Made by a program: the position numbers and the translations under genes. Of a DNA stretch of 64,000 nt, positions 52,744 to 64,000 are shown one piece after another; positions within the stretch are counted from its first letter, which is position 1; every line of letters starts with the position of its first letter. Location: positions 1-64,000 of the forward strand of contig ML002226.1 in the NCBI GenBank assembly GCA_003614675.1, written 5' to 3'. The notes under the pieces are model-generated. The model ran no database searches, was not told the origin of the DNA, and worked only from the letters and a program-made list of their open reading frames with translations. This DNA comes from Dimargaris cristalligena. Taxonomy: Eukaryota.

Positions 52744-54869
52744 GGTGCCGGGAGCAATCAAGTAGGGATGCTGGAAGCGAATGGGGGTACTAGAGCAAAC
52801 CAGGCTAAGCCAAACACGGAGAGAATGGGGGGAAGAAAAGGTGGAAATCAGGCGGAACCAAGGGCCAAGTAAAAAACTACGCGAGGGTGGGGAAAGAGAA
52901 CGAAGGAGAAAGAAGAGGAGAAGAAGAGGCAGGGAAGGTAATCCGAATAAGTAAGTGGGTAACTGGAGATGCGTCGACTACCACAGGAGGGGAGAAGGGG
53001 GAATAGACAAGGGGCAAAAGGACGACTATTAACTAAACCAACCACCCTTTCTTAGAATTGGGCTGCTATATCTTACCTGTTGTGTAGAAAAGGCTGTGGG
53101 CGGGTTTTGGATACCACCGGGTTAAACTATGCGGTGAAAAGTGGGTGGGAGTTTTATACGCTTCGGACTAAGGTAAGACAAAACCCCGGGTTCCTGGATA
53201 AACTTGCAGGGGCCGTGCAGTAAATAAGTAAGTATTATAGTGTACTCTATATATCACGTCTGGTCTCTCTTTGTTCAGTGACCACGCAAAACCCCCGAAA
53301 AAAATGGATCCCAATCGACGAGCGTGTGTGTTAGGGGTTCACTCCTCCACTGGAATGGATATATAAATAGCAGGGTCTGTTCAAACTAAAAATCATACAA
53401 CTGTGGAATCACAAACAACCATCAACACTGCTCAAAAAGCCACCATGCAGCCAAAAAAGGGGGAATGGGGGTTGGTAAACGAAAACTAGTAGAAAGGTCC
53501 GGACGCGCTAGCAGGGGCTGAATACAAATATATATATAATGTAGATGTGAAATAGGAAGGAATTGCAAGTAAAGGCATCGGTGAGAGATTATCCATTGAG
53601 CTGGCCCACGTAATCATCTATGACGACGACTCACTTTCCTATTGTTCAATGGGGGTTTTTCCTCGGATGTCTTTCTCACATTTAGGTATGTGTCCTTTTT
53701 CTTATATGTATATAGAGTGGTTTGGTGGAATTAGGGGCCATTGGCCAATAAACAAACACCCTTCCTAACCTCCGGTTCTTGGCGGCGATACTCCGGACCC
53801 CATGTTGCTAAATGACGAGGCACATGTGCCATTATCATCTACAAATCACTGAAATGCACCAGCTGATTCCGGCGAAGGGACAATGTTCTTCTTATTTTAT
53901 ATGATGGAAAGCAATTCGTTAGCCGAGTAATTTGATATTTATATGGGTGGAATTCAGTGCAGATGTATAAGGTTTTGAATAATACGCGTATGGGAAAATA
54001 CATGAGAGATCCATTATTAACCAGTGGTTTTTTGCCTCATCCAACGGATTTATATCCGTTATACAGTCTGGTTGAACCTTTTTCCCATATATATCCCACT
54101 GCTAGGAGAGGCATCCTCTACGGTACTCACCCAGCCACGTCACGTGATAATTAAATTACCGATAAAATAGGCACCTTAAACTATATGGCTTAAATCGGAG
54201 GGGTGCATAATACCAGCAGCTGTAGTATAGTGGTGCACGGTCTTAGTGGAAGTGCCACTTTAATATGGGTGAAGTTCAGCTTGGTTGTATAGGGGTTTAA
54301 CCGATATGTGTATGGGAAAATTGGTGGGATGTTTATTTTCAACCAACAGTATTTGCCTCATCAAATGGATTTTTCGTTATACAGCCTTGTTGAACTACTC
54401 CCATATCCAAGATTGTTTCACTCATAGCAATACAGGAGAGTTCAGCCGTAAAAGACAACTCGACACATGTTGAATAGACTGGACTCTACTGGATAATAGC
54501 GAATTCCCCTATTGCTTATAGTTTCAAAGCCTCCTTCCTATACGACTATACAGCTATACTGGACTGCGCTATTCCTAACCAACACCCAGTAACATCATCA
54601 TCACCCCCACTGGAAGAATATCCCACCACGGGGATATATCTTACACTAAAATTGGCACTCCTGCTCCCCCAACCTAGCCTCCCAAACCAAAATGGCACCC
54701 ACCCACTAGAAAGACCAAGCGGAATCTCCCTCCCTATACCAATCCAGCTAATGGAGCCGATTCGTTAATTATCTTCAACCCACTCATCGTGGATTCCACC
54801 CCCCATTCTCCGCCTATAATCAATCAATCCTTCCCTCTTTTATATTTTTTTATTTAATTACCCGTCGCC

Positions 54870-55369
54870 ATGCCTCTTCCGTTTGAAGCCGTAGTCCCCT
54901 TCGCCATCATCGCCGGTCTCATTTCCGTAACCGGTTACGGCTTGATGGCCACCCAGCGTATGGGCAATGCCGGCAAGGTAGGTTAGAACGCTCTTAGGAT
55001 TGGCTATCAGGTCACTCCCACCAAATGGTCAACGGCCAACGATCGGGTGAAGTTCGTTCCTCCTCCCCAAAAACAGCCTACCGGAGTTGGTTTGTATCTT
55101 CACTCGCTGTTGTTTTTTACCCTCGCTCTCTACCTACTGGCCCTAACTCCCCCCCCCCGTGTTGTATATCCAACTCCTTACGTTTCACGCGCATCCCATT
55201 AATACCTGCCCTTGACTAGCCCCGCCGCCACGACGTCGGTGAGTGGGAACTGAAAATGATGGAACGCGACCGCCGTCTAACCGGCAGCGCCAGTATTCAG
55301 AGCGACAACCCTATTGCGCCACCAGAGTTTGCCGTGAACAGCGTCTGGCATATCCACAAGAACATTTAG
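54870..55369 (+). CDS. NDUFA1: NADH:ubiquinone oxidoreductase subunit NDUFA1 (MWFE); exons 54870-54977, 55220-55369
   Basis: MPLPFEAVVPFAII..., GKPRR...W...MMERDRRLTG...QSD.P.AP.EF..NS.W. Not in the ORF track because it is split by an intron. Confidence 0.88.
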
Positions 55370-56461
55370 GCCGCTCCTTTTTCTCAGTCGACTCCTATTA
55401 TCTTACCCAAAAGGCCACTCACTCCCCCACACAGTCCCTGAAGAAACTGCCTACTTTTTACCTGTACCATATTCTTGGTCCGGCTAGTTTATCCCCGTGC
55501 CCTCAAGAATGGATCCCTTTTCAACTTATTGGCCTTTTATTACTATTACTTTCTTTTCATTGCGTTGAATTTTACCCGCCGCGTATTTATATTTATAAAA
55601 GCCCTCTTACTTGACAGATGTTAACCAGTGTCGGTGCTTTAGTCTGGATTGCTCCTATTTTGGGTCTTTCCGGCGGCGATGCTTTATTTGGCCCTGAGAA
55701 AAAGGGGGCGGGCTATGTATATGGGTTATAGGCAGAAAATACTAAGCTGAGTGAGAGGGATTTCAGATAATTTATCACGTGACTTAGTGTAGGACCAGAC
55801 AGCTTCCCTTACGATTGATTGATTTTATTCGGAAAAGAGTGGCATAGGTAGATATAATATAATAAACCATTTAAACTGGCGCAGTTCTTTGGTCAGCCTT
55901 TTTAGCAGCAGCACCACCACCACAACCTATGGAAAAAAAAACAGGAAAATACAGGAAATAATAAAAAAAAAGCCAACCTCCTCCTCCTCTGCCAACCGTA
56001 AGGGATTCCTCTACCAACCCTTTGGCTGCAGGGCGTAAGTGCCGCCCAAGCAATAAGTGTGTGTGGTGGTGGCTTTCTACCCGCAAATACCCTTTCCAGT
56101 GTAGTCTCTTTAGCGTTTTCGTTGACTATACTACTGGGCAAAAAACCCACTTGGCTAGACTAGACTAGAGCAAAGTGCCCTTCTCTTGATTCAGACATTG
56201 CTTCATCCCTTTACATATTCACTCCACCGACTCTCTTTTCTATCTATCTATCTACAGGTGAGTAGCAGCGACAATATAGTGCCGCCCTTGCTTACAACCA
56301 TTTCCCCTTCGTTGGAAGCCTTTACCCCTGTGCCCGATCCTTTCCCTGCGCATTGGGATAGCTGACCTATTTAAACGGCCCTTTGCTTTTCTAACTGACC
56401 TTCCTTCTACATCAACTACCCCCTGCTTCAACACTCAGTCACCGACATAGACCGCCTCACC

Positions 56462-58599
56462 ATGGACCAGAAAAAGTGGAATGCCCTTGACTCGACCAAA
56501 AAGGCCTTGTTGGTGCTCATCACCGAGTTCCTCGAGGCCAACCAGCTTCAGCTCACGGACAGTCTCCAAAAATGCATTGCCAAGGAGTCCAAGGCCTCCG
56601 GCACCACCGACCTACTGAAGATCTACCGGGGTCACGTCGAAAGGTAGGCTATTCGATTCCTACTAGTCTAGATATCGGCGGGGAAAACGCGCTATTCTTT
56701 TGATTTAGCTCCTCCCCCTTCTCTCCATCTCCCCCGCTTACCGGGAAATTAGATAACCCATAGCCAATCAAATCATTACACCCTCTTTAACTTAATGCCC
56801 TCCTAATTAATTATGCTTTTACTATTGATTCCATGCTTTACCTATTGGATTGTACTAGTCGCCACCAAAGTAAAGCCAGTGCACCCAAATCATCCTCCGA
56901 CTCGAGCTCCAGTTCCAGCTCTGATTCTAGCTCCAGCTCAGACAGTAGTAGCAGCGGCTCCGATTCCAGCTCCAGCTCCAGCTCTAGCTCAGACTCCGAT
57001 AGCGATGCCGAATCTGGGTCGGGCTCCAATAGTAGTTCGGATTCGGACTCGGATGCCGAGAAGAAGTCTGCTTCACTCAAGGCCATGGATGTTGATACCC
57101 CAGTAGTTGCCGCTGACACTAAGCAAGGCGGTGCTGCGAGCTCGTCCAGCTCCAGCTCTGATTCCAGTTCTAGCTCCAGCTCCAGTTCTGATTCTAGCTC
57201 CAGCTCCAGTTCTGATTCTAGCTCGAGTTCCAGTTCCAGTTCCAGTTCCAGTTCCAGTTCCAGCTCCAGCAGCGACTCGGATTCCGACTCCAGTTCTGAT
57301 GACGAGCCCGAAGCCGCCAAACCTAAAGTCGTCGCTATCGAGGTTGAACGCACCACAGTCATCACTAAGGAAGCAGCTCGCCCCGACTCGAGCTTTAGTT
57401 CGAGCTCCAGCTCCAGCTCCGACTCAGAAGACGCCGATGATGAATCAGACGCACCTGCCGGTGCCAAAGCCGACTCGTCTTCATCTTCTGATTCGTCCGA
57501 CTCCTCGGACTCTAGCTCTGACGAGTCCGAGGCTGAGGAATCTAAGCCCGTAGCCACTAAGCCGAAATCTTCCGACTCCTCTTCGTCCTCTTCATCCTCT
57601 TCTGACTCAAGCTCCGATTCTTCTTCGTCGTCATCGTCTTCTTCTTCTGATTCGAGTTCCGACGAGTCCAGTACTGAGGTCTCGAAGCCCGCCGCTACCA
57701 AGCCCGAGTCTTCGTCTTCCTCCTCCGACTCCTCTTCCTCCGACTCCAGTTCTGACGAGGCTGAGACCCAAGATTCTAAGCCCACCACTACCAAGGCCGA
57801 GTCTTCGTCCTCGTCCTCTTCTTCATCTTCTTCCTCGGACTCCAGCTCCGACGAGGCTGAGACCCAAGATTCTAAACCCGCCGCCACTAAGTCCGAGTCT
57901 TCCTCTTCGGATTCCAGTTCTGACGAGAACAAGGCTCGGGACTCTAAGCCCGTCGCCGCCAAGGCCGAGTCTTCATCGTCTTCCTCCTCTTCTTCTTCCT
58001 CGGGCTCCAGCTCTGACGAGGCCGATGCCAAGGATTCTAAACCCACCGCCACTAAGTCCTCTTCCTCGTCTTCATCCTCGTCCGAGAGCGAGGCTGAAAA
58101 GGCCGAGCCCAAGGCCGTTGCCGGTGAAAAGCGCAAGCAGCCCGATTCCGACAGTGCCAAGTCGGGCTTATCCTCGTCGAGCAATTCCGACGACAGTGAC
58201 GATGATGATGAGGATGATACCGCCTCTCCTCCCCCCAAGAAGCGCCCCGTCTTTGGCCAAACTTCCCAAACTCCCCAACCCCGGGGCAGCACTACTCCCC
58301 AGAGCCAGATCAGCCACGACGCCAAAACCAAGGCCGGAGGAGCCCGGACGACCCCGGGACAGCGTTTCAGCCGCATTGACCCCAAAGACGTGGTCTTCCA
58401 TGACCCCCGGCTGATGGATAACACCTTCACCAACAAGGGGGGCGCCGGCGGCTCTTATGGTGAGAAGGCCAATAATGATCTGATCGTAACCCGGGGCAAG
58501 CGTTTCACCGCCGAAAAGAACAAGAAGAAGCGTGGTGCGTACACCGGGGGCCGGATCGACTTGGACTCGCATTCGATCAAGTTCTCCTACGACGAGTAA
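56462..58599 (+). CDS. SRP40: Nucleolar phosphoprotein Srp40/Nopp140; exons 56462-56643, 56859-58599; probable 5'-UTR intron 56258-56438
   Basis: Alternating poly-Ser/acidic and Lys/Pro/Ala repeats; SRP40_C domain (FSRID...LMDNTF...YGEKANNDLIVTRGKRFTAEKNKKKRGAYTGGRID..SHSIKF). Confidence 0.92.
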
Positions 58600-59129
58600 A
58601 CTCTGCTTTATTCTATATTATTTTAGTATTTTTTTTATTTTAAAAAAATAGTTATTATTAGGCTGTGAATGATGTAGTTGGTGTGTGTGGTCTCCTCTAT
58701 ACACCATGCGGGGGGACCCACCAACCTTTAGCACTTCTCCATTTTTTGATCCACTTTGGCTATGATAAGCCCCCTTGATTTTTGAATACACTGCATGCCT
58801 CTCGGATATTATATTTTTCTTATTAGGGTTTTATCGTTCCTATTTTCCATTTTATTTTATTATATTATGTAGGAGTAGCATGCTTCTCACGTAAACGCCA
58901 TCTATTCATTACCTCTTCCCTTCTTTTATGCTATAAAAATGATGTTAATTTCGACTGTATTTTCTTGCGTCGACTGCCTCCAAGTGTCTGGCTAGTTAGT
59001 GCCTTGGTTAGATCGACCTGTGTCGCACCTGGCCCTAGGGAAACTATGGAAGTGTGATTTAAAAGAGTATGAAGGGGGGAGGGTACTACCTTTGACTTAT
59101 GGCTGGATTGGCGGGTAGGGTGACAGCAG

Positions 59130-59594
59130 CTAATGGGCGGTCTCGCCGAATAGGGGCCGTAGCATATCGGCTTCAACGGCCATTTCCTCCTCGGAGCGCG
59201 GTGGCCGTTCGGGGTTATCCACCCGGGCGACGGAACTCTTTTCCAGGTCCACATAGATATCGTCGTTATTCGTCCAATCCCCGAAGCGGCGAGGGATGAT
59301 ATGGACATGGACGTGGGGGACGGTCTGGCCGGCCGCGGGGCCATCCTGGACGGCCAGGGTCAGGGACTCGCCCCGGAATTGGCGTTCAATCACGCGGCCG
59401 ATGGTTTGGGCACTCTGAAACAGGTCGCTCACTTCGTCCGGGGTGAGGTCGGTGAAGCGGGGCACTAGGCGATGCGGAACGACGAGGACATGGCCCGGGG
59501 CAATGGGTTTGAGATTGACCAGGCCGTACGATAGAGCCGACCGGAAAAAGACCTGGCCGGGGCGGATAGTATGGGGGCCGAAGGTAATGGTCAT
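59130..59594 (-). CDS. HNT2: Diadenosine triphosphate hydrolase (Fhit/Hnt2, HIT family)
   Basis: LVNLKPIAPGHVLV, QDGPAAGQTVPHVHVHIIPR histidine triad, RSEEEMAVEA..LR. Confidence 0.94.
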   Translation of the reverse strand: MTITFGPHTIRPGQVFFRSALSYGLVNLKPIAPGHVLVVPHRLVPRFTDLTPDEVSDLFQSAQTIGRVIERQFRGESLTLAVQDGPAAGQTVPHVHVHIIPRRFGDWTNNDDIYVDLEKSSVARVDNPERPPRSEEEMAVEADMLRPLFGETAH

Positions 59595-60248
59595 GACTGT
59601 GGTTGTGGTTGTGGTTATAGTTGTTGGAGCAAGTAGACGGAGGAAGTAATACGACTGGCTAACTAGGGGCATATATGGTACTTGACCTATATAACCTGGG
59701 CTGTGTGTAACAGCGGCTCTCTTAATAAAACTGTTCGTTCGGCTGGCAATTGTAGCAAGAAGGCGCTCTCGTTCACCCAAGTTAAGTTCCCTTATTATTG
59801 GTTTGTCTATAAGAAAGTCGGACCAATCAGCCTGAGTCGCCCGCATAACTGCGCCTTGAGAGGAGGGTTAGGGCGGGGTGACTCCCCTGCCCATTCGTTA
59901 CCAACTGTCCGATTCTCTCTTACCCGCCCACTGCTGGGAAAGGGGAGAGAAAGGGCGGGTTTCGCTTAGGCTTACTTATCTTCCCGCCCACCTCACTCAT
60001 AAGCATGGGTTGGGCCTATTAAGTCCAAGTCTGCGGGGTTCTGTTTTTTTTACACCTCGCTCGTCTAATTGAATCGGCATTGGCATTCTTTTTAACTTAC
60101 TGTTCAGTTATTATTATTTTTGGTTAGTTTAACTCCATTTCATTAACACTATTTACTTAGGACCCAACATCCCTTTTCCTCTCGGTTGCTCAGTATTTGC
60201 CAGCATACATACTCTCCCACAAACAAATACCCTCTATCTAATCCCACC

Positions 60249-63200
60249 ATGAGTAAACGCGGGGCTGAAAAATACCTGACTCAGCTCAATCAGTTCGACC
60301 ACGAGGCCGACCAGGTAAGTATGCAATTGCTCTCTTCTTCGGCCCCAGCTCAACAGTAGCAGCAAGCTTCGCATCCCCCCCATTTTATCGGTATTCCAAA
60401 AGTGGATTCTATCCAACCGCCCTAGCAGAGGGGGGAAGGGGTAGTTCACAATAGGGCAGCTGAAGTGTGTCGTCGCCTGAAAGTTACTTCCAGTGTTATA
60501 TATATAGGTATACTTATCAATAGTACCCCCCTGCCGACGTCTGCTATATTTTGATGTATTCTCGCTATTTTACAACCCAGGATGCTGAGTCGTCCAGCGC
60601 TTCGCAGGCCTCAAGAGATGACGTCTCCAAGCGAATGTAAGTGGAACTCTTAAGCCTTGCTTTTGGTATAGATCTTAGTTGTACCTGTATAATTTCTTCT
60701 GGGCCATTAATTCCGTTGGTCAAGGACCGAGATACTCCTACATTCTCAGCCTACCTTCCGGACGCCGCCTTGCTAAATCGGGACTCTTATTATTGGCATA
60801 CTTCCATTATCATGCCGTCCAATTCATTCACTGATCCGGGATGATCCATTACTTAGCATCAAGGTGCCCAAATCCCGCAAGGCCTTAGCTTCCGCCAAGG
60901 TAAGAACGATTTAAAACTGTTTCTATCTCCGACTATCTCTCTCCCCAGAAACGTCAGCATCAATCTTATGGCCCAATCTTACCGGTCATTAAAAACAGGG
61001 TATTAATATGTTGCCCACTCAGCCATGTGTGTGGGTGGTATGAAGGGCACTTACTAATCGTCGCAAATATGAATACGACCATCACCTACCTATCATCTCT
61101 ATTTCCCCGGCATTCAATTCCCACCCCTTTTATAGACTGGTGGTACTGCTGCTAAACCGTCCCCTTTCTCTGGCTTCGGAGGTTTTGGGGCGCCGGCCAC
61201 TGCTACTTCCGAGGCCAATTCAGCCGAATCCGAACCAGTTGAGGAATCCAAGAAGGCCAACGTTTTCAGTGGGTTTAGCTTTGGCTCGGCCGCCAATGCC
61301 CCCACCCCCCAGTCTGGCCAGTCCTTCACCTTCGGGTCGGCCGCCCCTTCAGCTGGATTTTCATTTGGTGTTGCTCAATCATTCGCGTCCTTGGCGCAGC
61401 CTACTAGCAGTAGTGTGCCTGCTTCCACTGGGGCATTTGGTGCTACGTCGTCGTTCGGGGTCTCGTCTAAGCCAACCGGCAGTGCTATTCCCACGTCCAC
61501 CGGTACATTCGGTGCTTCGACGACCTTTTCTACGTTTGGGTCCTCCGCCCCGAAACTCGCTGAATCATCCACCCCAGTTGAGTCAGCAACTGCTAGTAAT
61601 TCCGAAGCTAGTGGCAGTGGAGATGGGACTAGTAGCAGTGGCGGTGACAGTGCTAGTGATAGTGAAGAGGATGCCCCCCAAAGTATTGCGCCTGCCAAAT
61701 TCCAGCCTTTCCAGCCTCCTTCCAGTTCGGTGAGTGCCAGCAGCTCTTTTTCGGAATACGGTATGAAGGACGCCAAACCTATCCAGCCCTTTCAACCCCC
61801 TGGTGCGGGGCCTGCCAAATCCGTACCTGTATCTGTATCCGACTCTACTCCCGAATCGGAATCCACTCTGGCACCCACTGTTGCTTCGTCAACCACGCCG
61901 GTCCCTGCGGTCAACGAGGAGCGCCTCAAAGATTACATGCTGAACCGTCTTGGTCTGAACCAGTGCTTTAAACAGTCGTTGGAGGAGTTTTTGAAAACCG
62001 ACCCCTACGTCGATCTCGAATTCAGTTTTAAGAGTTACCGGGAGCATATTGGGTCCATCCGTAAGCGATTCGCCGATGTCCTAGAAGACGCAGCGGCCAC
62101 GAAGCAGTCAACTACTGCTGTGCCCGTCAAAAGTCAACCAGCTTTTTCAACTCCGGCTCCGTTTTCTGCCCCTGCTCCTGTCCCCACTCCTGCATCCGTC
62201 CCTACTTCCCAGCCACCCGCTTCGGTTGCCTCGCCCTTCTCCTTCGATAGCAGCCGTAAACCATTCGAGAAGCCAACCGAAACTGCCCCGGCCGTACCCT
62301 TCATACCTCTTACCACCATCCCATCTTTTCAGCCGGCCACCACCACATTAAAACCCTTCGAGTCTTCGGAACCTGCTAAGCTGGTGGCGAGTCCATTTGC
62401 GTTTGGCGCAGCGAGTGTTCCGACTCCCCCACCTACATTCAGTGGCTTCGGATCGTCCACGACTTCCTTTGGAAACCCAGCCTCCGAATCCACCGATTCC
62501 AAGCCGACTACGAGCACCAGTTTCGGTGGGTTTGGACCATCGTCGACCTCCTTTGCGAAACCGGCCTACGAACCCACTGAATCCAAGCCGACTTTGGGCA
62601 CCAGTTTCGGCGCGTTTGGATCATCATCGACTACTTTTGGGAAGCTCACCTCCGAAGCCACTGAATCCAAGCCGTCTGCAGGTACTAGTTTCGGCGCGTT
62701 TGGATCATCGTCGACCTTTGGAAAATTGACCTCCGAAGCTACTGAGTCCAAGCCGGCCGCAAGCACTAGTTTCAGCAGTTTTGGGTCGACGCCTTTTTCG
62801 TTCGATAAACCGGCATCCGAGACCACGGAATCAAAGCCAGCCGTCGGTACTAAGTTTGGTGGGTTCGGATCGTCATCCACCTTTGGCGGATTTGGTGCCT
62901 CGGGGACCATGTTCGGTGGCTCGAGTGGGTTTGGACTCGGTGCCGCTGGATCGAAAAACAACGACGGGTCGGACAGCGGAAGTGAAGATGAAGAAGGTGA
63001 GGAAAACCAACACCCGGCCTACGAAGCTACGGGTGACCAGCCCGGAGCCGGGGAGGAAAACGAAGACTTATTGTACACGACCATTTGCAAAGTGTTCAAG
63101 TATGACGCCAATACCCAGATCTTCAAGGATTTGGGTAAGGGGCACCTCCGCATCAACAAGGACCGTAATACCGGCAAGGTGCGGTTCCTGTGCCGTCAAG

Positions 63201-63394
63201 CGAGTTCCGACCTGGTCACGCTGAACGTGGCGGTGTTCCCCAAGATGAAATTCAGTCGCCCGGGCGGTAAGAGGGATGTGGCCTTCGTGGCGGTAGGCGA
63301 TGACAGCAAGCCGAACAAGTATTTGGTTCGGGTAGGCTCTGACGACCTGGCCGCTACTTTACAGAAGGAGATGGAGGCGGCTGCTCAGTCTTGA
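60249..63394 (+). CDS. Nup2/Nup50-like FG nucleoporin with C-terminal Ran-binding domain; exons 60249-60314, 60581-60636, 60857-60899, 61136-63394
   Basis: N-terminal MSKRGAEKYLT...KRIIKVPK (NUP50-type), FG/FxFG repeats, GEENED...K...DLGKGHLRINK...RFLCR RanBD. Confidence 0.87.
62440..62900 (+). repeat. Coding tandem repeat of about 72-75 nt (FG..FGSSSTTF.KP.SE.TESKP) in the nucleoporin
   Basis: About 5-6 degenerate units; e.g. AGTTTCGGCGCGTTTGGATCATC occurs twice. Confidence 0.8.
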
Positions 63395-64000
63395 GGTGCA
63401 AGAGTCGGGTGAAAAGAACGGCCGGGTGATTGAACCACCTGTTTTTGGAGGCTGGACTATCGCTCTTTCTGGTGGTCTACCAGCATACTGACAACCAGGC
63501 TGGGGTAGTCACCGAGAATACTATGACTGCCCTTTCAGTAGTTTATAGGGGGTACCGGTTTCTTGGATATTAATTCAGATTCATAATAGCACGGTTGATG
63601 TTAGGTATTGCCATTGTCGTTTAAAACCATGCTCAAAGAAATATACTTCTATTCGAAAAACGTTCTACTCCGCCATATCCAACCTCTTTTTTTATAATGA
63701 TTATTTCCATTATCTTTAATCTATTTTCCCCATTCGCCCCCGTCCTTCCTGGGCTATAAAAGGATCCTATTTCCCATGTTAATGCGCGTTATCTTCGGTT
63801 TAATTCGCCGCTCCCCCTTCCTTTCAACCAACCCGAAAACTATATACATTGTTGACTTTTGCGGGATTAGTTGTTCCCACCTTGGCGTGCACAGGTTTGT
63901 GTATATGGAGGCCCATTTTTCCTACTCTCTTTTGGTGATTTTTATTTTTATTTTTTTGGACCGCCACTGCTTCTTACTTATGTTATTATCATTTCAACTT

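Noticed and set aside
54136-55782. CACGTG E-boxes (GTCACGTGAT near 54139, ATCACGTGAC near 55773)
   Set aside because: Plausible bHLH sites, but too short to support without conservation data.
56838-58436. 532-aa antisense ORF rich in ELELE
   Set aside because: Mirror of the Srp40 serine repeats; no independent coding evidence.
59595-59846. N-terminal extension of Fhit in the ORF track
   Set aside because: No AUG at its start; overlaps promoter-like TATA/CCAAT sequence; Fhit homology begins at AUG 59594.
1-64000. tRNA/rRNA/snoRNA genes, U12-type introns, selenoprotein UGA, transposons, CRISPR
   Set aside because: None recognised by eye; all modelled introns are GT-AG U2-type. A covariance-model search would be needed to exclude small RNAs.

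Overview
Eukaryotic, intron-containing fungal genomic DNA: GT-AG introns mostly about 130-360 nt, GC-rich coding exons, standard code. Gene content and style suggest an early-diverging fungus; the lineage is an inference only. I can support about 17 protein-coding genes: ODC antizyme, U1 snRNP C, uracil phosphoribosyltransferase, Sec24C/D-type, an Avt-type amino-acid transporter, a Chs4/Skt5-like Sel1 protein, an orphan multi-exon gene, a Lee1/Cps3-like CCCH protein, a coiled-coil protein (possibly augmin HAUS5-like), centrin, Bud6/Aip3, a ChAP (exomer), alkaline ceramidase, NDUFA1, Srp40/Nopp140, Fhit/Hnt2 and Nup2/Nup50. No tRNA, rRNA, CRISPR or mobile element was recognised. The main theme is recoding. 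(1) The antizyme has a +1 frameshift at GUU-UGA, with a well-formed H-type pseudoknot starting 2 nt after the stop and candidate nascent-peptide motifs upstream. (2) Three unrelated genes (U1-C, Chs4-like, CCCH) are each split by a net +1 frame change, and each overlap window contains in-frame CCC-CCC-CA; an out-of-phase C7 run in the ChAP gene does not break its frame. This is either homopolymer assembly error or an undescribed Pro-Pro +1 frameshifting or slippage system.
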